A stretch of DNA of 63,995 nucleotides, counting the filler, from Bonamia ostreae (lineage: Eukaryota): the NCBI GenBank assembly GCA_040357525.1. It is 12 parts of 12 records of this genome, joined end to end, with 100 filler letters (N's around TTAATTAATTAA, not from the genome) between each part and the next. Parts side by side here need not be neighbours in the genome. Positions count along the whole stretch, not along the records: positions 10,778 to 16,050 come from JBDODL010000208.1; positions 16,151 to 21,420 come from JBDODL010000209.1; positions 21,521 to 26,779 come from JBDODL010000210.1; 9 more parts are not named here. One strand, written 5' to 3'. Of this stretch, positions 12,205 to 24,867 are shown piece after piece; within the stretch, counting starts at the first letter, position 1, and every line of letters starts with the position of its first letter. The notes under the pieces were generated by a model. It was not told the origin of the DNA and ran no database searches. It saw nothing but the letters and a program-made list of their open reading frames with translations. The translations under genes were made by a program, and so were the position numbers.

Positions 12205-12933
12205 ATGGTATTTTTAGGAATCAACGAGCAAACATATTTAAGTCGTTATATTGAAGATACCTACAACACAATACCTTGGAAATACTTCGCGTATATAGAA
12301 GACGATTATCCTATTCCAAGTGTCTTGGATATGATTATAGAATACGATGATATGATGGAATCACGTGCTGACTGTTTATGGGAAGAAATAAACGACACTG
12401 AATTTCGCAAAGCCTTGCATAAAGAAATTTTGATCGAAGAGACAATAAGTTGGGTAGAAAAGGGCAATATTCCTCTAAATGCGTTATTTATGGAGCAACG
12501 GAGTATTTTAAAGAAAACGAGAAAAGTCAAATCATTTATTCAAAACTATTATATGCTATCTGCGAACGATTTGAAACCCGACAGTGAAGGCTTCATCGAA
12601 CTGGGACATTTGCAAGGTTTTTTCTTATCGGCTTACAGCTACAAACACTTTTGGTACATCATTTCAACGTCAGAACATTTCGAAATTAAAAACCAGAAAG
12701 TAAGGTCAAGAAATAAATGGAATATTCTTTGTTTTGAAATGCAAAATTGTCAAGCCGAGAAAGCAAAAATAATCGATGACGAAACTGATAGTGACAGTGA
12801 CAAAGAAGAGAGTATAGTTCAAAGACGCTTTAGAAAAAGAAAGAATGACGGGGAACTCAAACAAGGAAAATTTGATAACATTTTTAATTTGGAATTTAGG
12901 AGCATAGCTGAGATTTTGGGAGGCTCTGAATAA
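12205..12933 (+). CDS. Hypothetical protein
   Basis: Uninterrupted ORF of ~240 aa with an acidic patch and a basic NLS-like RRFRKRK. Confidence 0.6.
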   Translation: MVFLGINEQTYLSRYIEDTYNTIPWKYFAYIEDDYPIPSVLDMIIEYDDMMESRADCLWEEINDTEFRKALHKEILIEETISWVEKGNIPLNALFMEQRSILKKTRKVKSFIQNYYMLSANDLKPDSEGFIELGHLQGFFLSAYSYKHFWYIISTSEHFEIKNQKVRSRNKWNILCFEMQNCQAEKAKIIDDETDSDSDKEESIVQRRFRKRKNDGELKQGKFDNIFNLEFRSIAEILGGSE

Positions 12934-13007
12934 ATTGTATTAGTATTTTTTGGCTCGAAGATGTGTTAATTTGAAGTATATTTGCGTGTATACAAATTAA
13001 AAATTGA

Positions 13008-16000
13008 TCATTTTGTTTGTTTATATTCGTCTCTGTACTTGTAACAAGCGAATGCAGACACAGCAATCGCTGAGATTAACGAACAACCAAACACGGGCAG
13101 TACAAAGTACAGAGAAGAGATTTTTACAGTGTCCAAATGCGCATTGATAAAATTGTCATCACATATTTTAGTTTTTTCATTGTATGATTTGTAAATTTGT
13201 CTTCTATCTGCAGAGTTATAAAGTATTTTCGATTTTTTGCATAAAATGTTCACTTTGGTGTTGTTTGAGCAAACAACTAAAATTTCCTTTCTATTTCTCA
13301 AAATAGTCGCGTTTTTCAAATTTGATGACATGTTAGGTTCCCTTAAAAGCAATTTCGAAACATTGCAGCCATTATCAATACCTTTTAAATAAAATAATTT
13401 AAAACTTTCACAGATGGAATTATGATGAACCAAATAAGTGTTTGAACACTTAATTTTTAGATTTGGATATAAGAATTCTTCTTTCGTAAGCCATTCTCTA
13501 TTACTGTTTCTGCATTTAACGTCATATATGCCTTCTTTTATGTAACTGCCAGTTTTATTGTTTTTCAGAATAAATTTTTCGTTTAAGATGTTACAGCCTT
13601 GAAAAATTTTAGTATATAAAACTTCTACAAGCAGTTAAAACTTTCTCCTTCCAATCAATATTTATTATTTTATTGATAAACATTTCAGTACATTGGAAAT
13701 TCAATTTTTTTATCTGACCATTGTTACCGATGTTGCATTCATAATGGTAATCTAATATACTCTCTTTACTAAAATTAGTACATTTTGTGAGATCTAGTTT
13801 CTCGCAATCAATTTTCTTTGCTCTTTTTAGATCAACATAATTTATTCCCATATAACATTTCAATTCAACAGAATCGAAAAATTTGTTGCCAATTTTCACA
13901 AACTTTTTATTCTGGCAATAAACAGTTGCGTTTAAGCCAGATTCTATCAGATCGACATTGAACCCGTTTTCTTTATTCAACGGACACAAATTTTTGCAAA
14001 AATCAGCGATTTTGTTTTTGCTGTCCAGAATCGTCCATATCTTTGTATACAATGTTCCCATTATGCAATTAAGGTTTTGTTTTATTTTTCTTTTTTCGCA
14101 AATGATCTCAAGGCTGTGTCCATTTCGAATTACATAAGACTCACTGTTGTTTTGTTTTTGTATTAAACGATGCGTCAATATCTGTTCTGCATCACAGCTG
14201 TTTATTTTATCTTTAAAATTTTAATATGAACCTTCTAGTTCAAGGAGGATTAAATCGTTTGGATTTTTGCATTCTATTTTAATGTACTCTAACAGTCTAT
14301 TTTTATACTTGAATAAGAGTGAGCTGTTGTAACTTGGTATTCTCTCGAAGCCTAAGTATTTTATCCATGATTTTTCTCTCGAAGAATTGTTGGGAAACAA
14401 ATACTTTACATCACAACCTTTAATTTTTCTAGAAAACCTTTGCAAACCGATTCGATTTCGCTTTCCAATCCGGGAATTTTAAAAAAGTCCTTGTCACACG
14501 AGAAATATATTCTATTAGGGGGGCAAAGATAAATAAAATTTTTGTTTGATATCTTGAAAATATAATGACATTCTTTTGTATCAATAATAGCACAATCAGA
14601 GTTATCGACACTCCAAATTTTTGTATCGCTTACAATCATTCCGTCATCGTCACAAGCCAGAGTATATGTACTTTTTAGTTTAGTTGTATTGGATGCAAAT
14701 TTTTTCCAAACGCAAAATCCTTTATTGATGCTTTCCAACTTTAATTTATCAATAATCTGTATAGACACTGGACAACCAGAAGTGCACAATTGTTGCAGTA
14801 CGCGAAATTCTTTAACATTTTCGCCAAAAGATGTGAATAAGTTTCCATTTTCACATCTTATCCTTATAGTGTTGTTATTGTTTGAACAGACAAAATCTTT
14901 TTCTTTTTTGTCAAGAATAATTTCCAAAAAGTTCTTGATTTCGCATCCCTTTTTTATGTCTAAAATAGTTTTTAAAAACCTGAGCATGTTTTGTTGATCT
15001 TGTTTTTCCAATCGTTGTCAAGATACTTTATCTTGTCATTGCACTTGAAATGAATTTCGTTCGTGTTGTCTTTGTCGTTTAAAGTATAATAATATCCAAA
15101 TTTCTTTCCCAGATCATTGAATTTTGAGGAATTAAGGTTTTGACATTTTATCTCAGCAAACTTCATCGAGTTAAAAATATATTTGCTGTTGTGGCATCCA
15201 ATTTCAACAGAATCGAAAAATTTGTTGCCAATTTTCACAAACTTTTTATTCAGGCAATAAACAGTTGCGTTTAAGCCAGATTCTATCAGATCGACATTGA
15301 ACCCGTTTTCTTTATTCAACGGACACAAATTTTTGCAAAAATCAGCGATTTTGTTTTTGCTGTCCAGAATCGTCCATATCTTTGTATACAATGTTCCCAT
15401 TATGCAATTAAGGTTTTGTTTTATTTTTCTTTTTTCGCAAATGATCTCAAGGCTGTGTCCATTTCGAATTACATAAGACTCACTATTGTTTTGTTTTTGG
15501 AATAACGACAATTGACAACCAGAAGTGCAAAATTGTTGCAGTACGCGAAATCCCTTAACACTTTGGCCAAAAGATGTGAATAAGTTTCCATTTGGACATC
15601 TTATCCTTATAGTGTTGTTATTGTTTGAACAGACAAAATCTTTTTCTTTTTTGTCAAGAATAATTTCCAAAAAGTTCTTGATTTCGCATCCCTTTTTTAT
15701 GTCTAAAATAGTTTTTAAAAACCTGAGCATGTTTTGTTGATCTTGTTTTTCCAATCGTTGTCAAGATACTTTATCTTGTCATTGCACTTGAAATGAATTT
15801 CGTTCGTGTTGTCTTTGTCGTTTAAAGTATAATAATATCCAAATTTCTTTCCCAGATCATTGAATTTTGAGGAATTAAGGTTTTGACATTTTATCTCAGC
15901 AAACTTCATCGAGTTAAAAATATATTTGCTGTTGTGGCATCCAATTTCAACAGAATCGAAAAATTTGTTGCCAATTTTCACAAACTTTTTATTCAGGCAA

Positions 16001-16050
16001 TAAACAGTTGCGTTTAAGCCAGATTCTATCAGATCGACATTGAACCCGTT
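13008..16050 (-). CDS. Cys-rich repeat type-I membrane protein, multi-exon, 5'-truncated
   Basis: Repeated Cys modules, short introns, C-terminal TM LYFVLPVFGCSLISAIAVSAFAC followed by YKYR. Confidence 0.75.
13859..16050. repeat. Near-identical internal duplications: 743-bp tandem period plus a ~300-bp block at offset 1339
   Basis: caacagaatcgaaaaatttgttgcc at 13866, 15205 and 15948; ORF starts 15011 and 15754 encode the same peptide. Confidence 0.92.
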
Positions 16051-16150
16051 NNNNNNNNNNNNNNNNNNNNNNNNNNNNNNNNNNNNNNNNNNNNTTAATT
16101 AATTAANNNNNNNNNNNNNNNNNNNNNNNNNNNNNNNNNNNNNNNNNNNN

Positions 16151-17199
16151 TAGAATTTGTTCTTTTATAAAAAAATGTTTTTATAAAAATATCTGAAAAA
16201 GAAAGACTTGCAAAGCAAACAATTCATATTCTGAAAAGATATTGGGATCCTCATTCATATCTCGAATTTCAATCGAGCCGACTTCTTTGGAATTCACCGA
16301 AACGATCTCCGATTTTGGGATTTTATGAATCCCTTTTTGGCAATTGTTCAAAAGCTCCACTTCTTTTGAAAGAAGATACGGATTGACTTCAAATCCGCTT
16401 ATTAGAGCGGTGAGCAGATCGGTGAGCTCTTCTGCAGCGCCGTTCTTTATCCTCAAATCGGCGTACTCCAATGGCGATATAACGCCGAATCGAACGCCGT
16501 AAAATGTCGAAATTCGCGCTAAAATTGGGCGAACGTCTTTTGCGGCGTGATGAGACGACTCGAGAGCAATTTCAAAGATTTGTCTTTTTAGATGTTTTTC
16601 GGTCACTGCTTTCAAGCAATTTCCGAGGCTCAACATGAAAAATTGAGGGTTGCTCGATTCCGTGGCCAATCCAATGACACCGCTGAAATCGCCTTTTCCG
16701 ACCATTCTGTCCGCGTAGTCGAGAATGATGGAGGAAATGTGCGGGTTCAACGCCGACTCGCGATGATTGTGGACATTGTTGCTGTGCCGCAAAAAGGTTC
16801 CGATGGCGTATTCTGTCGTGTGTTTTTAAGCTCGGGAAATCAAAACCGATTAACGTTTGCGAATAAAGAGTGTTGTCTGATGGATCGAAGTATTTCCCCG
16901 CGTTGGTCGCGTATTCGAACGAGAGCGCCGTGTCTTTGAGGTGATAATGGATTCGGGAGAAAATGGAAAAGACCAAGTCTTTGTCGGGGAAATTTTGATT
17001 TGTGTCCGTGAACTTTTTTCTTTTTGATTCGAAATGCAAAACAATCGGGGCAGATAGCTCGCAATTTCAGGCCAAAGGCGGTCGATCAAATCGTGGATCG
17101 CCTTCAAAGCGTAAAGTTGCGCCTGTGAAGCCGAGTCGTCGAGAATCGAAATAAGTCCTTTTGTTGATAAACAAAACCTGAAACTGAACTAAGAGGCAT
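16151..17199 (-). CDS. PSMD1: 26S proteasome regulatory subunit RPN2, N-terminal part, 3'-truncated
   Basis: SVSGLISILDD...YALKAIHDLIDRLWPEIASYLP, SRIHYHL...FEYATNAGKYFD, GVIGLATES; introns of 20 and 23 nt. Confidence 0.88.
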
Positions 17200-17624
17200 T
17201 TGATGTGTTTATGTGAAGTGTTTAATTGTTTTAAAGCTGTTTAAGCTTTAGAATATTAAATCGATTTTTAACTAAATGTCGATATTTCTAATTCTGTTTA
17301 ATAAAGGTTAATCCCTTCATTCGTAATTTGTAAAGTTTGACCTTTAAACGGGTTAAATCAAATCGAAAAACTAGAGCGTCGCTCATTAAACCGCTTCATT
17401 AAAGCACTAAATTCAATGAGGGATTTGATTATTAAATAATGTTAATTCTCCCAATTTGATTTACGTCTAAAAAATTTTATTTGCGTAGAATTTACTGCGA
17501 AAACAGGCGAAAACAAGTAAAATATTGCCTCCGTTGTGTTAAAGAACCATTCGCTTGGCCCATTAACATATTCCAAATTATATTAAACCAAAAGCTATTT
17601 AACTCCAGTCGAAAGTAACTTGTA

Positions 17625-20600
17625 ATGAACAGTAAAATTAAAACTCCCATGATTGAATTGGCCACTCGAGAACCATCTCCGAAAAGATGCAGCGACGCCG
17701 GTTCGTCCAAAGCAAATCCAAAGAACCAATCCGGCGATTGGTTTTGGTGTGACCACGGAAATTTTTTGTGGACACCGGCCCGCGTGATCAGTCGGGACCA
17801 AGAAAATGTTATTGTTGAAAGCAAGGAAGACGGAAAACTTTGTTTCAGTCAAAAAGATTTTGCCAATTTTGGAAAATGCGAGTCGAGCACAATCGTTTTC
17901 TTTGGCAAATTGATTCACTTAAAGAACGCGACTTTTGAGAATCTGGCTGATATGTCCGAATTCAACGACGCGGCGATTCTCTATCAGATGAGAAAACGAT
18001 TTTTTGCAAACTCGGTCTATGTTTTTAATTAACACTGAAAAGACCAGTATCGGCAAAATGCTGGTGACAGTCAATCCCTACAAAAACCTGCCGCTGATGG
18101 GAGACGAAATGGTCGAAATGTACAGAAAACTAAAATTCGCCGAAACGGGCAAACCACACATCTACAACATCGCCTCGAGAGCTCTTAAAGGACTGGCGCT
18201 CAACGGGAAGAACCAGAGCATCATAATAAGGTTTTCGCTCGTTCTAATTCAAGTGGCGATTCCGGCTCCGGGAAGACCGAATCCGCAAAGCACTCTCTTC
18301 TGTACTTTTCAAAAGTATCCAAAAGCAACAGAGATGTGGAAAGTAAAGTTCTCAGCAGTGTTCCGATACTGGAAGCGTTTGGAAACGCAAAAGTTTTTCG
18401 TAAGACCTAAAAGACGAACAAAAATAGCAATTCGAGTCGGTTCGGGAAATGGATGGAGATTTTCTTCGAGATCGATCGGTCGGTCAGCATCAAAGGCGCG
18501 AAGGTCACAGAATATCTGCTGGAAAAGGCGAGAGTTGTGTGGCAGGCTCCAGGCGAAAAGAACTTCCACATTTTCTATTTGTTGCCGTCTTTTCTCACGG
18601 AGTGCGAACGCGAAGATTTGGGTTTGACGAAAGACGTCGAGTTCAAGTACTTAAAAGTTTTGAACTAAAGTTTAGGGGCGAATTGGGGAAAGCGATCCGT
18701 CGCTTCGGGAAAGGGTATTGGCGTCGATGGCTGAAATTGGCATTGAGCGCTCAGAGCGAATGTGCGTCTTTCAGATAATCAGCGCGATTTTGCATCTCGG
18801 AAATGTCGATTTCGTGGGCGACAGCGACGACTGTTGTTCTGTAAAGGATTCGAGCAGAAAATCTCTCGGCCACTTTTGCCGATTGCTCCGATTAGATGAG
18901 AGTGAAGTGATGAAAATTTTGAACACGACTTTTAGTTTTTACTGAAAACAATAGTTCCGATCAAGAAGAAGAAGATTGAGAAATTGCTTTGTAAAGAAAA
19001 GGCGGTGGAAAACAGGTTTTCGCAGATAATGTTTTGTTAGGGATTCCATAGCTAAGACGATCTATGGACGATTGTTCGAATGGATTGTCGCCAAAATTAA
19101 CAAGAGTTTGGATTTCCATTGGAATGGTGAGCTGTCTGTTGGAATCTTGGATATTTTTGGTTTTAGAACAATTGAAATTTTTATCCAATTTTGAAAATTT
19201 GAAATAAAAAATTATAAAAGGATTTGAAAGTTTTAAAACGAACCGATTTGAGCAATTTTGCATTAATTACGCCAATGAAAAGCTTCAAAAACATTTCACT
19301 GAGTTTTTGTTTCAGCAAGAAGAGCGAGAATATAAAAAAGAAGGTATCAAATTTGAAACAGAGCAGTTCAAAGATTCGACCGAAGTGCTTTCGCTCATTG
19401 AAGGGGACCCGATTGGTCTCTTAACGCTTTTGTTTTTATTTTGCATTTGAAGGGATATGGAAACGAAGCTGCCAAACGGGAACGACCAAAATTTCTTAAA
19501 CAATTTGAACGCCAAATTTAAAAACAGGAAATCCAGTTCTTGTTATTTGAACGTTTAAATTTACAATTTGTAGAAAAGAGATAGCGAATTCGAGATAAAT
19601 CATTTTGCCGAGACAGTGGAATATTCCATCGCAGGTTTTGTGGAGAGCAACAAATACTCTTTTTGTCAGGCGTTCGAAAGATGTCTCGCGAAGAGCAGAA
19701 ACGTCGTCGCGAAAAATCTTTTTTCGAACTGTAGTACGCCTCCGAACAGTTTTGCGATGTACAAAAGAAAAGGCTCTCTCGCGACCGATTTCAGAAACCA
19801 GTTGAACAAATTGCTTTTGAAGATTCGAAAAACGGAGCCCCATTTTGTGCGTTGTCTCAAACCGAACATTGGGAATCATCCGAACACTTTCGACTCTGCT
19901 CTGGTGATGAATCAAATGAAGAACGCGGGGCTGAGAGTGGCGATCAAAGTTCGTTCGACGGGTTTTGTAAATATCAGACAGGTTACGCGTACAGAAAGCC
20001 GTTTGAAGATTTTCTAGAACGGTATCGAATGTGTGTTTCTGTGGAAAATCGAAAGCTCTTTAAGCGATCTGGTCGAAAAAGAAGCGAAGCTTCATTGTTG
20101 GTCTCAATATTAAACGAAGAAGTTTGTTTGCGCAAAAAAATCCAAGTTTTATTTTAGATTAATTGTCTCTATCGATTATAAATTTTGAATGCGACAAAAA
20201 TGGCATAAATCGATTGTCTTATAAAAAATTTAACGATAAGATTGGGAAAGAAAAAATATTTTATGATGCGGAGCATATGCGAATTTTGGAACAAAGATTG
20301 GCATTCGAAGAAGAAAGTTCTGCAAACGTTATTTTGGTTCAATTTCGAATATTGTTGGCCAAAATGGTTTTTTCGAGAAGAAGTTTGGCGCTGAACTATC
20401 TGTCGACTCAAACGAACAAACGCTCTTTTTCCGATATAAAGAAGGCGATAAACGCGGCGGTCGCAACTGGGATCAGTGTGTACCACCCGCTGATCGAGAC
20501 TGCAAAACTTGTTTTGTTGGAAATGGTCTGCGCTGAGAAGGTTGAGATGATCGAAAAAACGAAAGATCACATGAAAGTCAAAAATGTGTACGATTCTTTG

Positions 20601-21420
20601 AAAACGAATTACAAGAAACAGATAACTCGGCCTCATTTTCCCAAATCGAAGAAAGTTATCGCGTTTTTGAGTACGATTAAAGCGCATTGGAATCGCTTGA
20701 AAAACGCGTCCGAGATCGCAATGCTCAGCGAAGCCAAAAAGGCACTTAAATTCGAAAACAAGAAAAAGGTCGACGAACTGATTCGCAGAATCGAGCAAGA
20801 GCCAAACGAAAAGTTTACGAAAGTTCTGTCGAGTCTGAAGAGTTTTAAAACGGACTTGGTAAAAGTAGAACGAAGACAAAGAGCTGAGAGGAGGAAAACC
20901 AATGAACAAATCGTCAAAGACATTTTGCTTGGGATTATTGCTGACAAGTGCGGCGCAGAAAGGAAGACGAAGGCGACGAATCGATTTTACGTAAAAGGAA
21001 ACAGCGAAACCGTGCTGGGCGATGATTGTGAACAGCAGGAAAATGTTGGGAATGTCGAAGATGGTCGTGAAGGAGAAAACAAAAAATCGGATTATAAAAA
21101 CATAGAACAAACTAGTGGTGACAAAAGATTTTTCTGTTATAACAGTTCTGGAAAAAAACATTTTGGCGATGGCGAGAGAGATAGAAACTTTAAAGAAGCA
21201 GTAAAGAAAACTTACGCGAAAAATTTTAGGAAAGACCGCCAAATTCGCAATTCTCTTCCACAAACTTTAGCTTCAAAAGAAGCTTCTTCGGCACTTAACA
21301 GTACCTTTCCTGCTGCATCGAAAAGTTGTTACAGAAAAAACGCATTAAGAAATATCGACAAAAACAGAGTTTATATGCGAAGGACGTGCACGTTTGGTAA
21401 GAAGAATAACGGTATTTTTT
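17625..21420 (+). CDS. Myosin heavy chain (SH3-like N-terminus, motor domain, short divergent tail), 3'-truncated
   Basis: LVTVNPYK, P-loop [71 protein letters not shown]. Confidence 0.95.
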
Positions 21421-21520
21421 NNNNNNNNNNNNNNNNNNNNNNNNNNNNNNNNNNNNNNNNNNNNTTAATTAATTAANNNNNNNNNNNNNNNNNNNNNNNN
21501 NNNNNNNNNNNNNNNNNNNN

Positions 21521-23954
21521 TAAGAGATAAATAATCAGTTCTATCATTATTTTCTACACTAAAAATAGTATCTTCTATTGTTCCGGATGGTATATCTATA
21601 ACTTGCGTACTATCTGGTAAAACAATGCTGTGTATATAATAAGCCTTATAATTTTGTGTGCTTGTTGCGGGCAATACCGGAACTCCTTTATCCCTAAACA
21701 CATATGTAGGCAATCCACCGCTAGATATATCTGTTTTCAGTCTTTCTATTTCTGACTTATTGGCTGCTATATCTGCCTTTACTTGTGTGTCGTCATATGT
21801 TCCTGTTGTGCTAGAATCATAAAATACCGACCATTCATTAGAAGTAGCTACCAATAAAACTTTGTGTTTTTGTCCTAATACATCATAAGTGGAAGCATTA
21901 TTTATTTTATCTGTTCCGTTTGCTTGCAATGTCACTTTATTACTTTCTGTAGTAGATTCATTATTTACCCATATTTGAGTACCTTTTACAACGTCAGATA
22001 ATGCAGGAAGTTGCTGAAATATAGTTCCTTGACCGCCTGTAGTTAAGTTTGCATGAAGGTATACAAATAACGCTTCTGTACTTATTGTAGTGGGTAAACT
22101 CGAATGGTAATCTATATCTTTATCGTGATGGTTTATAACCAAGTAACTAGATTGAACTTCAAGCGCATTAAAGCTTGCATTATATTCACCTATAGAGTTA
22201 ACTGCTCCAAACACTCCGCATCTACCAAATAATTGTGGTATTTGGTCTTTGGTGTTAATTGATATAGAGTTATCTCCGGGTATGTCACTATCAAAACCAA
22301 TCCATGCTCCCATTCCTTCACTGGCAGCAGTAACGCCAGTTTGTAATGTGGCTATTAATTGAACATCGCCAGTGTTATTGTTGGCTGTTGAAACTCTTAA
22401 CATTCCGAATAATTCACCACTGTATTTAGTGTTTTTAGTTATTAATTGCATATGGAATGTTCCGTCTGGCTGTGGTGATACAAATACAAATGTATTAGCA
22501 TTTATAGTATTGCCTGTTTTGTTTAGCGCTGTAACTCCTAATGACTTTTTAAAGGTTAAATATGTATTATCTACAGTGCCACCACTAGGAAGGTTTTTAA
22601 CCGCACTTGCGTCTAATCTGTCGTCGCCTGTAAGGGTTTGCAACTTATTTCTTATGTCTTCGGCTGTTTCTCCACCTGTAATATCGTCAGCTAATGCAAT
22701 ATTATGTCTAGTTATTCTATTAATGTCTAGTGCAATATATGGTAAAGTTCCATTTCCCAGTAAATTAATCTGACTATCTGCTTTTATATACAAACGCATG
22801 TTATACTCTACTAAATGGCTCCAAAATGGTTCTAAAGTAATCTTTTGTAAATTAGTTCCTACATTATAACCATCTTCCGCATCGTCGTTCCACGCTGTTT
22901 TAGATGGGTAGTAAGCAACATCATTTCCATTTATATTTATTTTCATTTTAAACTTATTAACTGCGTTTACAAACTTAAAGTAAATAGCTTGCGCTTGATG
23001 ATCGAATGAGGGTGTACCCAAATTAATAATGTTTACATTGTTCATGACAGTACTAGAGTTTGGTTGATCTTCGTATCTTTCCATAGCACCACGAGCGTAA
23101 TAAATGGGTTTTTTAGTTCCTGTTTGTGGATCATTTTCATAGTCTAACATTAAATAATTCTTATCTAAAGTTCTAGTGTGATTTTCTAAGAACCCACCAT
23201 TTTCCTTAAGACTTGTGTTATCACCTATATGTAATGTATTTGGCGGTACTTCTATGGAATAAGGTGAACTAATAACTTTAGTTGCATCATTTATTTTTAA
23301 TGGTGCTACATCTAATTTGCCACCTTTTTTATAAAACATATCACCATCAGCGGCAGTGTCAAACTCTGGTATATTAGATAGATCTTTATCGGCTTTATCA
23401 TTTAAATTCTGTTCGTTTTCTGCAATGTCTGTTTCTGCTTGCGTTAAATCGGCTTTAATCTGTTGATTGTCAGCTGTCAATGCATCTACTTGTTGTTTTA
23501 CATCGTTATAAGTTGGTAAGTTGTTAGGTGTGGAAATAGGACTATAAGCCATGTTTTCATCAACATTATAGTTCATAGAATATGTATATATAACATTACC
23601 GTTATCTATTTTAATTATTAATTTACATAATCCAAATGCATTAGTGAACTCTTCTGCAAATGGCAGCACTATTTCGTTACCGGATATAGTTATATTATAT
23701 TTGGAATCTCCTGTTTTAAGAACGTAATTTCCATCATCAACCCTAACTCGTTTACCTTGTTGAGTTTCGTATCTGATATTGTATATTACTACGGCACTAA
23801 TAACCTCTGTACCGTCAAGGGTAAGGGTTTCGCCGTCTTTTAACAATGTGAAGTTAAAGGTAGTATTAGTTGTACCTTGTAAGATGTGTTTTCCTAGTGT
23901 CTTTTCTAAATCAGTATCTAGGATTTCTTTTAGAATATTTACTGGTATTGCCAT
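21521..23954 (-). CDS. Large phage structural/tail-fibre-like protein, 3'-truncated
   Basis: SD AAGGTG; BppU-like beta-rich N-terminus, coiled coil, IRNKLQTLTGDDRLDASAVKNLP segment, Gly/Thr/Asn-rich. Confidence 0.65.
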
Positions 23955-24080
23955 AAAATCACCTTCTTACAGTAATCTTATGTCCGATATACATAGACCG
24001 ATAATATGGACGCTTAAAAATGCTTATCGGCTACATCTGTCCCCTTGATAGCTAATCAAGAGTAATTAAGCGCCTTGTTA

Positions 24081-24344
24081 CTATTTATTATGTGTAGCGT
24101 TATATTTTTCTTTGCTCATCGCTATATGTTTAGCACCACTAAACAAGCCAGAAGCAGATAAACCTATATACAATCCTTGTACTATGCCAGATTTTATGTC
24201 ATTAGGTTGGATTAACAATGTTCCTGCCACTAATCCTAGCCCTAAATCTACCAGCGGTAAATATTTGGGTGGAAAACCTATCTTCTTGAACATTTCCCCT
24301 AATCCAACTATTAATGCTATAACTCCTATTCCTGCATATTCCAT
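24081..24344 (-). CDS. Phage holin
   Basis: 87 aa with 3 hydrophobic segments; KKIGFPPKYLPLV..GL...GLYIGLSASGLFSGAK; SD AAGGAGG. Confidence 0.85.
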   Translation of the reverse strand: MEYAGIGVIALIVGLGEMFKKIGFPPKYLPLVDLGLGLVAGTLLIQPNDIKSGIVQGLYIGLSASGLFSGAKHIAMSKEKYNATHNK

Positions 24345-24408
24345 GTTATTTCCTCCTTTGTTATATTATATACTATTTAAAGCAATTTGTTACTTATAAT
24401 TAATAAAT

Positions 24409-24867
24409 TTATACAACTTTTTTGTCAAGTATCTTATCAACCTTTTTATCTGTAATTTCTTGTCTGTCTTGCATTTTTACAAGTGTATTTGATATTTCTT
24501 TCATGGTTTCGTCTTGCTTTTCAATGTGACTATCTTGTCTTTCCATGTGATCGTCTTGTCTGTTCATATGTTGTTGTTGCTTATCCATATGTTCTTTATT
24601 AATTTGTAATTGCTTTTGCCATTCCACCTTTTCTTCTTTGTATGTCTGCCTATCCTCTTCCCTTATTTTATTAAGTTTTTCGTAAACATCGGCTCTTTCT
24701 TTTTTGTTTTCTTCCTTTTCTTCTTTATTTGCCTTAGCTGTGTCTCGTTCTTTTTTAATAAGATATCCCATTAGAGCAAATACTATGACTACGAATATAT
24801 AATAAGTCTTGTTTTCTATGGGCTTTAATGCTTCGGCACTAATCGTTAGATAATACATCATTATCAC
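24409..24867 (-). CDS. BhlA/UviB-like holin-associated protein (one TM plus coiled coil)
   Basis: YIFVVIVFALMGYLIKKE then a coiled coil ending MKEISNTLVKMQDRQE; adjacent to the holin. Confidence 0.55.
   Translation of the reverse strand: MIMMYYLTISAEALKPIENKTYYIFVVIVFALMGYLIKKERDTAKANKEEKEENKKERADVYEKLNKIREEDRQTYKEEKVEWQKQLQINKEHMDKQQQHMNRQDDHMERQDSHIEKQDETMKEISNTLVKMQDRQEITDKKVDKILDKKVV

Noticed and set aside
20169-21263. 364-aa antisense ORF (also 59072-59551 and similar)
   Set aside because: Shadow frames opposite real genes, with F/S/L-rich composition mirroring sense codons.
24081-24090. Stop-codon readthrough of the holin stimulated by the downstream pseudoknot
   Set aside because: Two tandem stops (TAG TAA) and no slippery heptamer.
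24345-24408. Sigma-70-type promoter (TTGCTT-17-TATAAC) before the holin
   Set aside because: The start site would fall within the SD, and such matches are expected by chance in AT-rich DNA.
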